Below, piece by piece: positions 1-9,183 of a stretch of DNA of 64,000 bases; positions within the stretch are counted from its first letter, which is position 1, and the number at the start of each line of letters is the position of its first letter. Location: positions 11,128 through 75,127 of the forward strand of contig JANQFE010000024.1 of NCBI GenBank assembly GCA_028278025.1, in the 5' to 3' direction. This stretch comes from Thermodesulfobacteriota bacterium. Its GTDB lineage: Bacteria; Desulfobacterota; WTBG01; CAIYCZ01; CAIRTM01. The position numbers were made by a program, and so were the translations under genes. Below the pieces are notes generated by a model, which saw only the letters and a list, made by a program, of their open reading frames with translations, did not search any database and was not told where the DNA came from.

Positions 1-693
1 CCGACTTATCAGTCCGTTATCATGGAAGTTTTGCAGCGTATCCGGGTCATAACCATTAGTTTTGATCCACAGACTAAGCCCTGTCCATGAGGAGGTTCCC
101 GCAACTCCATAGAGATATATATTCTTTAGGCACAGGGCACACAACGGCAGCAGTACGATCATAGAATACAGGCCGAACTGCTTTGTAAGTTTTTGCACTT
201 TACAGACTGTATGCAGGTACAAACCCATGAACAATATAACCATCAGAAAAAAAACAGGATGAAACAGCGAGCGCACCATCCCGAGACATAACAGTGCAAA
301 CCAGAACAGCAGAATGTCACAACGCTTATGCTGTCCTGCCCAGCGAACAAGAAAGAACAGCGCCAGCAGAATTAAAAAAATTTCTATATAGGTGTAATAC
401 AACAGGTTCTCATAAAGGATAAGGGTTGGATTGAGCATAAAGACAAGCGTAAGGGCAAGCGCTCCAAGACGAACGATGCCCACTTGTACTAAAATGCTGA
501 AAAGAAGAAGCGGGATAAGCGCTCCGGCGGTTTTATAAAGCAGTCCATAGACAATGTCCGGGGCTGGAGACAGTTTCAGGACTGTGCCTAAAAAAAAGTT
601 AAACAGGGGCGGCTGGGCATGCAGATATAAAAGACTTTCCAGCAGATCCTCTTTCAGGAGCACCGGGTCCAGGTACTGCTTTGCAAACATAAG
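1..693 (-). CDS. Partial polytopic membrane glycosyltransferase, GT39/GT83 (ArnT/PMT-like); the 3' end runs off the window and the 5' end may be frameshifted
   Basis: Uninterrupted minus-strand frame from the window edge to ~790; hydrophobic TM segments; 'HAQPPLFNFF' resembles the (E/H)KPPL motif of ArnT/PMT_2 enzymes. The first in-frame ATG (MFAKQY) lies downstream of a TM helix, and an out-of-frame ATG (793..791, MGKGSLA*) would fuse after one base is deleted. Confidence 0.4.
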
Positions 694-827
694 CGGCCGT
701 GCCAGGAACGTGCCGCCCTTGAGCCAAAAAATGTAGCGCGAAATAATATATACTGCCAGGATCGTCAGCTCAGGCCAGGCTTCCTTTACCCATCGGGAAG
801 GCCTTGCCGTAGCGTTATGCGTGTTTT

Positions 828-956
828 TCAACGTTTTACTTCCACGAAAAGCGGACCTGGTTTCATTGATTTATGCATATGGCACACAGGACATTGATCC
901 GGGGGAATATCTCCCGTATAAATATACCCACAAGCCGTGCATCTCCATTTTTTCAT
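828..956 (-). CDS. Small 4-Cys zinc-ribbon (rubredoxin-like) protein, 42 aa
   Basis: [16 protein letters not shown]...CPVCHM has two CxxC pairs. A GGAGGA ribosome-binding site lies 8 nt upstream of the internal ATG. The 66-aa version in the ORF track starts at a TTG. Confidence 0.45.
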   Translation of the reverse strand: MKKWRCTACGYIYTGDIPPDQCPVCHMHKSMKPGPLFVEVKR

Positions 957-1141
957 TTTACGTCCTCCTGATAAACAATCAGCCAAAGTATCTATCATTT
1001 CATTAACGTATAGCTGCTTAAATTTCAATAAAAATCAATTTATCTTTGGTTGCACCCGGATAGACTTTTGACATGCATACAATATTGATGTATAGGGAAA
1101 GTGTTTCAAGTAATATAACCTGTCAAAAAAAGGTAAGACGT

Positions 1142-1642
1142 ATGAATGTTTACAAGCATATTACTTTGGGGGGGCTGCTGATTATTTTGTTTTGTGCCTT
1201 CACCGCTTGTGCCCGCTACGGGTGTGTGCGGGGCAGCTGTGAGTATGGGCAGGGAATTTTTAAATGGCCTGAAGGTTCAAAATATATCGGAGAGTGGAAA
1301 GACAGCTTCAGGCATGGTAAGGGAATGTACGTATGGTCCGACAACACTAAATATGTTGGCGAATGGGTATTTGGCGAAGAGCACGGTCAGGGCACGCGCA
1401 TATGGCCTGATGGATCACAGTACGCCGGCGAGTGGCAACAGGGCAAAGAGGAAGGTCTGGGTATGCGCACATGGCCGGACGGCAGAAAATTCATCGGGGA
1501 ATGGAAAGCAGGTGTAATACACGGACGGGGAATGCGCGTATGGCCCAACGGCCGAAAATATATCGGCACATGGAAAAATGGTAAACGGGACGGCGAAGGC
1601 ACATTCATCCCCCCTGACGGCGAGTTGCCCGTTCTCGAATAG
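1142..1642 (+). CDS. MORN-repeat lipoprotein
   Basis: Signal peptide with lipobox (LFCAFTAC). Five or six tandem ~23-aa MORN repeats (YxGEWKdgxxHGxGxxxWPDG). Confidence 0.7.
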   Translation: MNVYKHITLGGLLIILFCAFTACARYGCVRGSCEYGQGIFKWPEGSKYIGEWKDSFRHGKGMYVWSDNTKYVGEWVFGEEHGQGTRIWPDGSQYAGEWQQGKEEGLGMRTWPDGRKFIGEWKAGVIHGRGMRVWPNGRKYIGTWKNGKRDGEGTFIPPDGELPVLE

Positions 1643-1710
1643 CTGTCAAACATATGATCTAATGATACTAAAAGCAAAGCCTGATTTCCTACAAAAAACA
1701 GACCCAATAG

Positions 1711-3033
1711 TTAAGCAACACCAGCCTGCCTTTCAAAGTCCACCGGGGATTCCTTCAGGAAAAAAGCCGAGACGGCCGCGCAGAAGGCCAGCAACGACCA
1801 GAACAAAAATACCCTGCTGAAATCATATGCCCCGTCCGGCAGGCTGATGACCAGGTAGCCCGATATCAGAGGAGACACAAAGGAGCCGAACTGACCGATG
1901 CCGTTGGTGATGCCCATGGCCCGTCCCACAACCTCCTTGGGATAGCGCAGAGAGGGGAATGCCTGCATAACGCCCCAGGGAAAATTTACAAAAAATCCGC
2001 CAAACGCCAGCGCCAGCAGAAGGAGGCCGGTTTCGCCTTTGGGTACCTGCCCGATAAAGTAAAGGACCGGAATACAGCCCAGAAAACCGATTATGGAAAC
2101 GGCCTTCATGCGGCCCTGAAACAGTTTGTCGGCCACAAAGCCCCCCAGCCACATGGCAAAGCCGGCAATGAGGTAAGGCATGGCAGCGAAAAAGCCCATA
2201 GTTTTGACGTCCATGCCGTGCTGCTTAACGAGGAAAGTACTGATCCAGGTGGTCATCCCCCAGTAGATCATCAACAGAATGAAAAAATTCAGGGTAAAAA
2301 GGTAGTACTGTAAATCGGTCAAAAAAATCTTCGTGCTGAATTGTTTACCGTGGATTTCAGCCCCTTCGCCTACTGATGAGGTTATCAGTTCGTATTCATC
2401 CTGGGTCATTTTACCTTTCTGCAGCATTTCTCCGGGAACGTCGGCCATAAATTTTTGCAGCAGGTAGATGCCCACTAGACCGGGAACAGCCAGAACGAAA
2501 AAAACGGGGCGCCAGGCACCGTCAAAGATTTCAGCAGAAAGCCAGGTAACAACAATCGGAATGATGGCCGGACCGAACGCCCAGGTTGTCGTAAAGTATC
2601 CGTTGGCCTGCCCCTTTTCGTGGCGGGGAAACCAGTTGGCAATGGTCCGCACGGCCGGCACATAGTGGTGTCCTTCTCCGAGGGCCAGGCTGATGCGCAG
2701 GATAATAAACTGCCAGAAGGTCCGTACAAAACCGGTCAAAAAGGTAACGGCCGTAAACACCCATATGGCAATGTTCATGGTTTTTTTGGGGCCGATTTTA
2801 TCTGAAAGATAACCCGATGAGAGCTGAGCTACCGCATAACCGAAAAAGAAGATGGAGCCCAGCCAGCCGATTTCCACAGGGGTCAGGTTAAGGTCTTTCT
2901 GAATATAGGGCAGGAAAATCAGGACGCTGATACGGTCAAAGTAATTAATGATATAGAGCAGCCAGATAATAAATAAAATCGTCCAGCGATATCCCCAAAG
3001 TCGTTTTGTCTCCGACACTACGGTATTACCCAT
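1711..3033 (-). CDS. MFS transporter (anion:cation symporter-like)
   Basis: Twelve TM helices; MFS signature GYLSDKIGPKK; GAGGGAGG ribosome-binding site before the ATG at 3033 (the track start at 3054 is a TTG). Confidence 0.8.
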   Translation of the reverse strand: MGNTVVSETKRLWGYRWTILFIIWLLYIINYFDRISVLIFLPYIQKDLNLTPVEIGWLGSIFFFGYAVAQLSSGYLSDKIGPKKTMNIAIWVFTAVTFLTGFVRTFWQFIILRISLALGEGHHYVPAVRTIANWFPRHEKGQANGYFTTTWAFGPAIIPIVVTWLSAEIFDGAWRPVFFVLAVPGLVGIYLLQKFMADVPGEMLQKGKMTQDEYELITSSVGEGAEIHGKQFSTKIFLTDLQYYLFTLNFFILLMIYWGMTTWISTFLVKQHGMDVKTMGFFAAMPYLIAGFAMWLGGFVADKLFQGRMKAVSIIGFLGCIPVLYFIGQVPKGETGLLLLALAFGGFFVNFPWGVMQAFPSLRYPKEVVGRAMGITNGIGQFGSFVSPLISGYLVISLPDGAYDFSRVFLFWSLLAFCAAVSAFFLKESPVDFERQAGVA

Positions 3034-3657
3034 TAAAACCTCCCTCGGGCGCAATAGCCACTATTTATTTGTTAGAGACTATGATAACATTTAGTTGAAA
3101 GGAGCATCCTTGTCGGGCTAGAGCATGCTTCTGTTCTCTATAGCCCTTGAGCACTGCGAAGGCTGAGGTGGTAAGAGCAACTGCGGTGGTGCCAGCGATG
3201 GACGATATAGTTAATTCTGGATACTCCGGCGAGCACATAGCCGCATGTAATCTAACCGCATCAGCCTTCACAGTGCTCAACTGTGAGGCTACACTTTTTT
3301 GCAAAATGCTCTAAAAAACCCATAAATCTTTAAACATAATTTCTAAAACAAGGAAAAACTCTCTAATTCTCTAGAATCTATCATAGTCTCTACCCCTTAT
3401 CCATCTTTTTAACGATCCAATGTGGATTTCACAAAAGGAATTATTATGTATCACAAACCAGCTACTCCGGCAGCATCTGGATTCATCTCCACATAAAAAA
3501 CTCATTTTACATGCAATAGGTATTATTACTTATGAAAAAATGAGCTTTTATACGCATAGAAAATGCCCGGAAATACAAGTAAACAAATTAAAATAACATA
3601 CAGCCTGCACGACCGGCACTTAAGAAACTTTGTAGCAGTTATATTACTGTGAGAAAT

Positions 3658-5808
3658 ATGCAAAGCATTCTTTCCAGCAATACAGTGAAATCATTTATAG
3701 ATTATATTTCATTTCTGCGTGAAGATTTAGTGCTTACCAAAGATGTGTGCCTGGCCCGCAGCACTCCACAGGGTCCGGAAAAAATTGATGTGCTTTTTCC
3801 CAAAGGGAAAATAGAAGAAAATAAAATAGATGAAGCGTTCAGGCTACAGGAGGCAGACAAATGTGTACTTTTCTTTGAGAGTGATCTTTTCGATTACTTC
3901 AGTTTTAAAGAAAAAGCCCTGCTGAAATGTTTATACAGTGATGCAAAACAGGTGTTTACCTCTTATCCGCTTGCAGCAATTGACGTTGAAGAAATCAAGC
4001 AGGATTTTCTGGCCTTTATTGAAAACATGGATCATAAAAGCCCTACCCTTACCGATCTTCACAGAATCAAAGTTCTGGCCCCTTCAATGTATACCTCTGC
4101 TTTAGCAACCTCGCTCATCAGTATAATGATAAGTAAATACTTTGGTGAAACTACAGGCAGCATTTACTGGGATAAAAACAAAATTGCTTATGTTGGATAC
4201 GCAGGTCTCCTATGCAATATAAGTTTAAGTAAAGCAGGCATGTATGAGCTTCTTGACCTTGATTGTCAGGACCGAGATACTATTGAAAAAAAATATTCCT
4301 GGATAAGGATTAAGAATCACCCCAAGGAAAGTGCGGCTATTATTCTCAACGAGTTAACCCGGAGAACTCATGATGATGAAAGCAACAGGGAAATAAGTAA
4401 GGCGGTAGAGTTGCATCATGAAAACCTTGACGGGAGTGGTTATTATGGATTGACAGAAGAGTCTGTTCCTCCTGTCTCAAGAATACTCCGGGTTGCGGAA
4501 TGTTATAGTGCTATGACCAATGCAGGCTATATCAAAGCTAAAAATAAGATCAAACACATCTCTGAGGCCCTCGCCGAACTGCATCGTAGATCAGGTGCCT
4601 GGTATGATCCTGCAATAGTGGCTGTTTTTACCCATTTTTTTAAAGATAATAAAAAACTGCGCAAAGCCAATCCTTCTGAAAAAAGTGTTCTTTTCAAAAA
4701 TTACTTTCTTTTGGAAGATGCCCTTGTCAGGCAGGCAGAAAAGCTGAAAGGCAAAACAGAACAAAGGGAATTACATCATTTCAGATTGTCATTAAAGGAT
4801 CGATTAAAGCTCACCCATAACGCCCTGCTTAACCTGGAACACACGTATATAGCCAAACTGGTTACAGAAGCTGCTTTCATAGCTGCAAGTCATATTTTTC
4901 ATGAAGTAAATAATGCAACATCCATGATAACAGGCAGTTTTGATATGTTCTATGAGGACTTTTTACAGGACAATAAACACTGTATTGAAGATGAACGGGT
5001 GATGAGGGTAGCCGACGAATTAAAACACGTTATTTTCCTCATTAAAACTTCTTCACGGCTGAAGCAAGATCACCCCTGCCATACGAAATCAGATAAGCTG
5101 CTTGCCTTAAGAGGTTTAGAAATCGAGCAGCAACTTGAAAGCCTGCGCCGCTGTCTGATGCTGATAGACAAGATGTGCAGAACACTGCAAGCTCAACTCT
5201 ATTCAGATGCTGCTCAAGCCGGTTGCCCAAGGTTAGCCACTATAAGTGCTGAAGGCAAAAATTATCTCCAGGCTATGTTGTTAGGTGTACAGTCGGCATT
5301 AGAAAAAACCTATTTCTTTACTGAGCAGACAAAAAAAGAGTGTAATATTAATGTATTATTAGAACAGGCCCTCAAACTGATTCAGCGCAACCCCCTTTAT
5401 AGCACTCAAAGTCGTATCATCAACATAGAAAAAAACTTCAGTCCTGATATTATCGTTTCTATTTATCCGGTTCAGATTATGTGTGTTATTGAGAACATAC
5501 TCTACAATGCGTATCATGCCATGAAAGAATCGGGCGGCATACTGCAGGTCAGCACAGAATATAATGGTAAAACCGTTATCGTCATGATAAAAAATACCGG
5601 TCCTCGCATACCGACCCATGTGCTTGTTAACATGTTTACCCCCGGCTTTACAACTAAGCAAGAAAAAGAAGGCCGGGTTGGTGGTCGTGGATTTGGTCTT
5701 TCAAATTCACTGAATATCATGCGTGCTCATGGCGGAGATCTACGCTGTGTTTCAACCGATAGTGAAAAAACAGCGTTTTATCTGATTCTGCCTGGCAGGC
5801 TTCAATAA
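3658..5808 (+). CDS. Sensor histidine kinase fused to a degenerate HD-GYP-like domain
   Basis: Central 'THDDE...ELHHENLDGSGYYGL' matches the HD-GYP signature HHExxDGSGYP with GYY in place of GYP. Downstream H-box (SHIFHEVNNATS) and C-terminal HATPase_c (G-boxes: GGRGFGLSNS...AHGGDL). Confidence 0.7.
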   Translation: MQSILSSNTVKSFIDYISFLREDLVLTKDVCLARSTPQGPEKIDVLFPKGKIEENKIDEAFRLQEADKCVLFFESDLFDYFSFKEKALLKCLYSDAKQVFTSYPLAAIDVEEIKQDFLAFIENMDHKSPTLTDLHRIKVLAPSMYTSALATSLISIMISKYFGETTGSIYWDKNKIAYVGYAGLLCNISLSKAGMYELLDLDCQDRDTIEKKYSWIRIKNHPKESAAIILNELTRRTHDDESNREISKAVELHHENLDGSGYYGLTEESVPPVSRILRVAECYSAMTNAGYIKAKNKIKHISEALAELHRRSGAWYDPAIVAVFTHFFKDNKKLRKANPSEKSVLFKNYFLLEDALVRQAEKLKGKTEQRELHHFRLSLKDRLKLTHNALLNLEHTYIAKLVTEAAFIAASHIFHEVNNATSMITGSFDMFYEDFLQDNKHCIEDERVMRVADELKHVIFLIKTSSRLKQDHPCHTKSDKLLALRGLEIEQQLESLRRCLMLIDKMCRTLQAQLYSDAAQAGCPRLATISAEGKNYLQAMLLGVQSALEKTYFFTEQTKKECNINVLLEQALKLIQRNPLYSTQSRIINIEKNFSPDIIVSIYPVQIMCVIENILYNAYHAMKESGGILQVSTEYNGKTVIVMIKNTGPRIPTHVLVNMFTPGFTTKQEKEGRVGGRGFGLSNSLNIMRAHGGDLRCVSTDSEKTAFYLILPGRLQ

Positions 5809-5849
5809 AACAAGGAAAAGGACGGAATTTTCTATTGCTTCTACACCCG

Positions 5850-6506
5850 CTAAGGGAATACAGCCACATATCCCTTGGAGATAGCATATTTAACAAGATC
5901 GGCAGTGTTTTTTAAATGTAGTTTGCCGAGCAGATTAGCACGGTGTCTTTCTACGGTTCGCACACTAATAAAAAGAAGTTCCGCAATCTCCTTGTTGCTT
6001 TTACCCTCGGCAATCAGTTTTAAAACCTCCCTCTCGCGGGGTGTGAGCGGCTCTGAAGGAAGTTGTGTGTTGCCTTGATACAGCTGAGATAAGTCCTCTG
6101 CCAGCTCCCCTGCGAGCAGACGAGTCACGTAAATACCGCCTTTTCTGATGGTCTCTATTGCAGCAAAAAGTTCAACATCAGAGTCCTCCTTCACCAGATA
6201 TCCCTGGGCCCCGGCTGAAATGCAATGATAGAGATATTCTTTGTTTCTGTGCATGGTCAGTATTAACACCTTTACATCAGGGTATAACATCCTTATTTCC
6301 CGCGTGGCTTCAATTCCCCGGAGGCTTGGCATTGAGATATCAAGGATAACCATGTCCGTTCCTGCTGTTTTCAAAAGGCTCATAAGTTCAAGACCGTCAC
6401 TTGCTTCTCCCGCCACCTCCAGACCGGGTATTTCTTCAATTATTTTTCGCATGCCGTGCCGAAAAATTACATGATCATCGGCAAGCACAACACGATACGG
6501 ATTCAT
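5850..6506 (-). CDS. Response regulator, NarL/FixJ family (REC + LuxR-type HTH)
   Basis: Receiver domain (VVLADDH...DMVILDISMP...LILT); C-terminal LuxR HTH (LTPREREVLKLIAEGKSNKEIA...SVRTVERHR); AGGAGG ribosome-binding site; 4-bp overlap with the upstream kinase. Confidence 0.9.
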   Translation of the reverse strand: MNPYRVVLADDHVIFRHGMRKIIEEIPGLEVAGEASDGLELMSLLKTAGTDMVILDISMPSLRGIEATREIRMLYPDVKVLILTMHRNKEYLYHCISAGAQGYLVKEDSDVELFAAIETIRKGGIYVTRLLAGELAEDLSQLYQGNTQLPSEPLTPREREVLKLIAEGKSNKEIAELLFISVRTVERHRANLLGKLHLKNTADLVKYAISKGYVAVFP

Positions 6507-8014
6507 ATACTGCCTCCTGTATTTTCTATAGGGACCGTTAGCGTAATTCTGGTCCCTCTATCCGGTTTGCTCCACACATCACACGTTCCACCGACCATGT
6601 ATGAACGCTCCCGCATGGTAGCTAACCCCATACCCTTATCGGCAGCCCCTCTGCTTATTAAACCATTCAGGTCAAACCCTTTGCCGTCGTCCTCTACCAC
6701 AAAGACTATCTGCCGGTTCTGCTGTTCCACGGTGATGAAGATATTTTTCGCCAGGGCATGTTTCACTATATTAGTAAGTGTCTCTTGAAAAATTCTGTAC
6801 AGGTTAATCTGGACATCCTCAGAGAAAAGGTGATCAATATCCTGCACGTCTAAAGAAATCTTGAAAGAATGCTGCTTGGCAAAATTTTCTACCTGCCACC
6901 GAAGGGCGGCGGTAAGACCAAGATCTTTCAGAACCGACGGGCTCAAATCTCTGGAGAGGCGGCGGACATTTTCGATGATTTCATCCACATATCTGCTTGT
7001 TTCCTGACAGTCTTTTATGAGTGCTGCCTGGTGTTCAGCAAGCTTTCTTGTAATCGATCTCAGTCGTAACTTTAAAAGAGCCAAATCTTGCCCCAGTTCA
7101 TCATGCAGCTCTATTGCCAGCCGTTTTCTTTCTTCCTCCTGTGCCTGCAAAAGCTTTGAGGACAAAACCCGCAGCCGTTCTTCTGATTTGCGCAATTCCA
7201 CCTCACGAGCCTGTAATGACTGCGTCATCGCATTGAAGGCTTGGGCAAGTTTTCCGATTTCATCATCAGTCTCAACGGGAAGCATGTCTACTGTGCTACC
7301 TTTTCCTAAAGCTTTCACACCATCTGTTAACCGGTTTAAAGGACGTGTTATCCCCCGTGATACAAGATAGGCAACTCCGGCACTAAGCAATAAAAAAAGT
7401 GTTCCTATGAGAATACTTTGAAACAATAAATCGTTGAGTTGTTTGCTTAATATTTTTTTATCAACAGTAATCCCGACAAAGCCTATTATACGGTTCCTTC
7501 TTTGCAGATACTCATCTCTGAAAAAAAGGGCTTCCTCCTGCATATAGTGTAAACCTGTCATTACCGGTTTCCAGAATTCAAATGTATCCCTATTCTCACG
7601 TAGCACAGAAGACCCGGCTTGTTTAAGATCTGCAAAAAGATGCCGGTTGTTTTTTCTATCTGCCGTTGTTTGTTTTTCCGGCCAATATGTACCTGGCCGT
7701 TCCAGCTTCTTAAGCACTTTTCCTTCCAGATTACAGATAATTACTTGCAGAACCGCGTCCTGTTGAAAAACTCCGTCAGCAGGGGCATTGAGCAGTTCCA
7801 AGTTTTCGGAAAACACACCAATACGTGAGTTGTGGGCCAGGATGCCTACAAGCAGGTGGCCTTTATGTATCAGACTGTCTGTCAGGGTTTTTCTCTGATT
7901 GTGGATAAAAAAAATTGAAAGGCAACAATAAATGGTGACAATAAAAACAGCAAGTTTAACAAAGACCTTTATAGCAAAATTTTCATTGAAGGCCTTCATG
8001 AAATTTAAATTCAT
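6503..8014 (-). CDS. Sensor histidine kinase, NarX/DegS-like (HAMP + HisKA_3 + HATPase_c)
   Basis: N-terminal TM, HAMP, HisKA_3 H-box (LAIELHDELGQDLALLKLRL), HATPase (VVEDDGKGF...GMGLATMRERSYMVGG); operonic with the response regulator. Confidence 0.85.
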   Translation of the reverse strand: MNLNFMKAFNENFAIKVFVKLAVFIVTIYCCLSIFFIHNQRKTLTDSLIHKGHLLVGILAHNSRIGVFSENLELLNAPADGVFQQDAVLQVIICNLEGKVLKKLERPGTYWPEKQTTADRKNNRHLFADLKQAGSSVLRENRDTFEFWKPVMTGLHYMQEEALFFRDEYLQRRNRIIGFVGITVDKKILSKQLNDLLFQSILIGTLFLLLSAGVAYLVSRGITRPLNRLTDGVKALGKGSTVDMLPVETDDEIGKLAQAFNAMTQSLQAREVELRKSEERLRVLSSKLLQAQEEERKRLAIELHDELGQDLALLKLRLRSITRKLAEHQAALIKDCQETSRYVDEIIENVRRLSRDLSPSVLKDLGLTAALRWQVENFAKQHSFKISLDVQDIDHLFSEDVQINLYRIFQETLTNIVKHALAKNIFITVEQQNRQIVFVVEDDGKGFDLNGLISRGAADKGMGLATMRERSYMVGGTCDVWSKPDRGTRITLTVPIENTGGSI

Positions 8015-9032
8015 TTATAGTCCCTCGTTTTACTATACGGGTTGTCCCCATTATTTTTTCATTAATCGGGACATTTAATTTATGAACAATCTTTTGGTTA
8101 ACTGATATAACAGCTTTTCGGGCAATTTGCTGATTAATGGAGACCACTGCCAAACGGGCGTCAGCCTGCGCAACCTTATGTGCTTTAATTCCTGAAAGTA
8201 TTGCTGCCGCCATCTCCCCTGCCTGAGCGCCCATATCAAAGGCGTCTATACCTATTGACATTAACGCTCCCAGCTCTACATACTTTTCTGAAAAAGCAAG
8301 AATAGGTATATTGTGTTCAAGGGAGAAAAGAAGCATAAACTCAATTGTCTCCGGCGTAATAAGGGTGGTATCGGGCAACATCCAAAAAACGTCTATTTTT
8401 TCTTTCATCTCCATGAGTGCTGAAGGGACAACGCCGGAGTTGTGAACTTGCCCTGCAACCAGCACAACACCGTTTATTGCCGCTGCAATGCGGGCTTTAT
8501 CTGCAAGATGACCTGTCTTATCCGGGTCATACAAAAGACCGATAGTTTTTATGTCAGGCAAAACATTAATAAGTGAAAATAATTGTCTTTCTATCGGTAT
8601 ATGCATACTGACACCGGTGATATTCTCTTCTTGAGAAAGGATGGTGTGGGGATTCAGTACCATAAGGTACACAACCGGTAGGTCTTTAATCCTTTTTACA
8701 AGGGAGAGGGCATCGGGACCTATGGCAAGAATAATATCGGGCCTCCTTGCCCTGAGCTCCTTGACCACATCGGCACCTCCCGATTCGGAGATAACCAGCC
8801 TGGAAACAACAGCGTTGCTGACACTCTTAAACCCTTTAAGGGCTTCCTCATATGGCGCTATCCTGCTGCTTTGAACGGCCACGATCTCCTGGCGGGCTTC
8901 CACCGACAGTGCCCAAAGAAGTATAATAAATATTATTGAAAAAAGAACCCTAGGTCTTGTATTCCTAGATTCGCACTTCCTCTTAATGTTTAACCTGAAA
9001 TCTGCTTTGAACGATATTTTCGCATTACCCAT
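7983..9032 (-). CDS. Periplasmic substrate-binding protein (ABC_sub_bind/PF04392-like) associated with the two-component system
   Basis: Signal peptide, periplasmic-binding-fold pattern, overlaps the start of the kinase gene; AAGGAGGG ribosome-binding site before the ATG at 9032. Confidence 0.65.
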   Translation of the reverse strand: MGNAKISFKADFRLNIKRKCESRNTRPRVLFSIIFIILLWALSVEARQEIVAVQSSRIAPYEEALKGFKSVSNAVVSRLVISESGGADVVKELRARRPDIILAIGPDALSLVKRIKDLPVVYLMVLNPHTILSQEENITGVSMHIPIERQLFSLINVLPDIKTIGLLYDPDKTGHLADKARIAAAINGVVLVAGQVHNSGVVPSALMEMKEKIDVFWMLPDTTLITPETIEFMLLFSLEHNIPILAFSEKYVELGALMSIGIDAFDMGAQAGEMAAAILSGIKAHKVAQADARLAVVSINQQIARKAVISVNQKIVHKLNVPINEKIMGTTRIVKRGTINEFKFHEGLQ

Positions 9033-9183
9033 CACACATTTCCCTCCTTTATTATTACATAATGTGTAGTTTCAATTTTGTATTTAGTATAAAAGACTGA
9101 TTTAATCGCTTGTATAAAAAAACTATATTTATTACTATACGGTAAGGCCCGCTTGCGTATAATTGTAAACAATAAAAGGTTAC

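Noticed and set aside
1194-1707. ORFs 1194..1517 (+) and 1387..1707 (-) overlapping the MORN-repeat gene
   Set aside because: Both are alternative-frame shadows of a repeat-rich, GC-biased coding region and lack ribosome-binding sites. The MORN frame explains the region.
3065-3304. 79-aa minus-strand ORF in the MFS/kinase intergenic region
   Set aside because: No RBS and low-complexity Ala/Thr translation. The region is better explained as a structured RNA or UTR.
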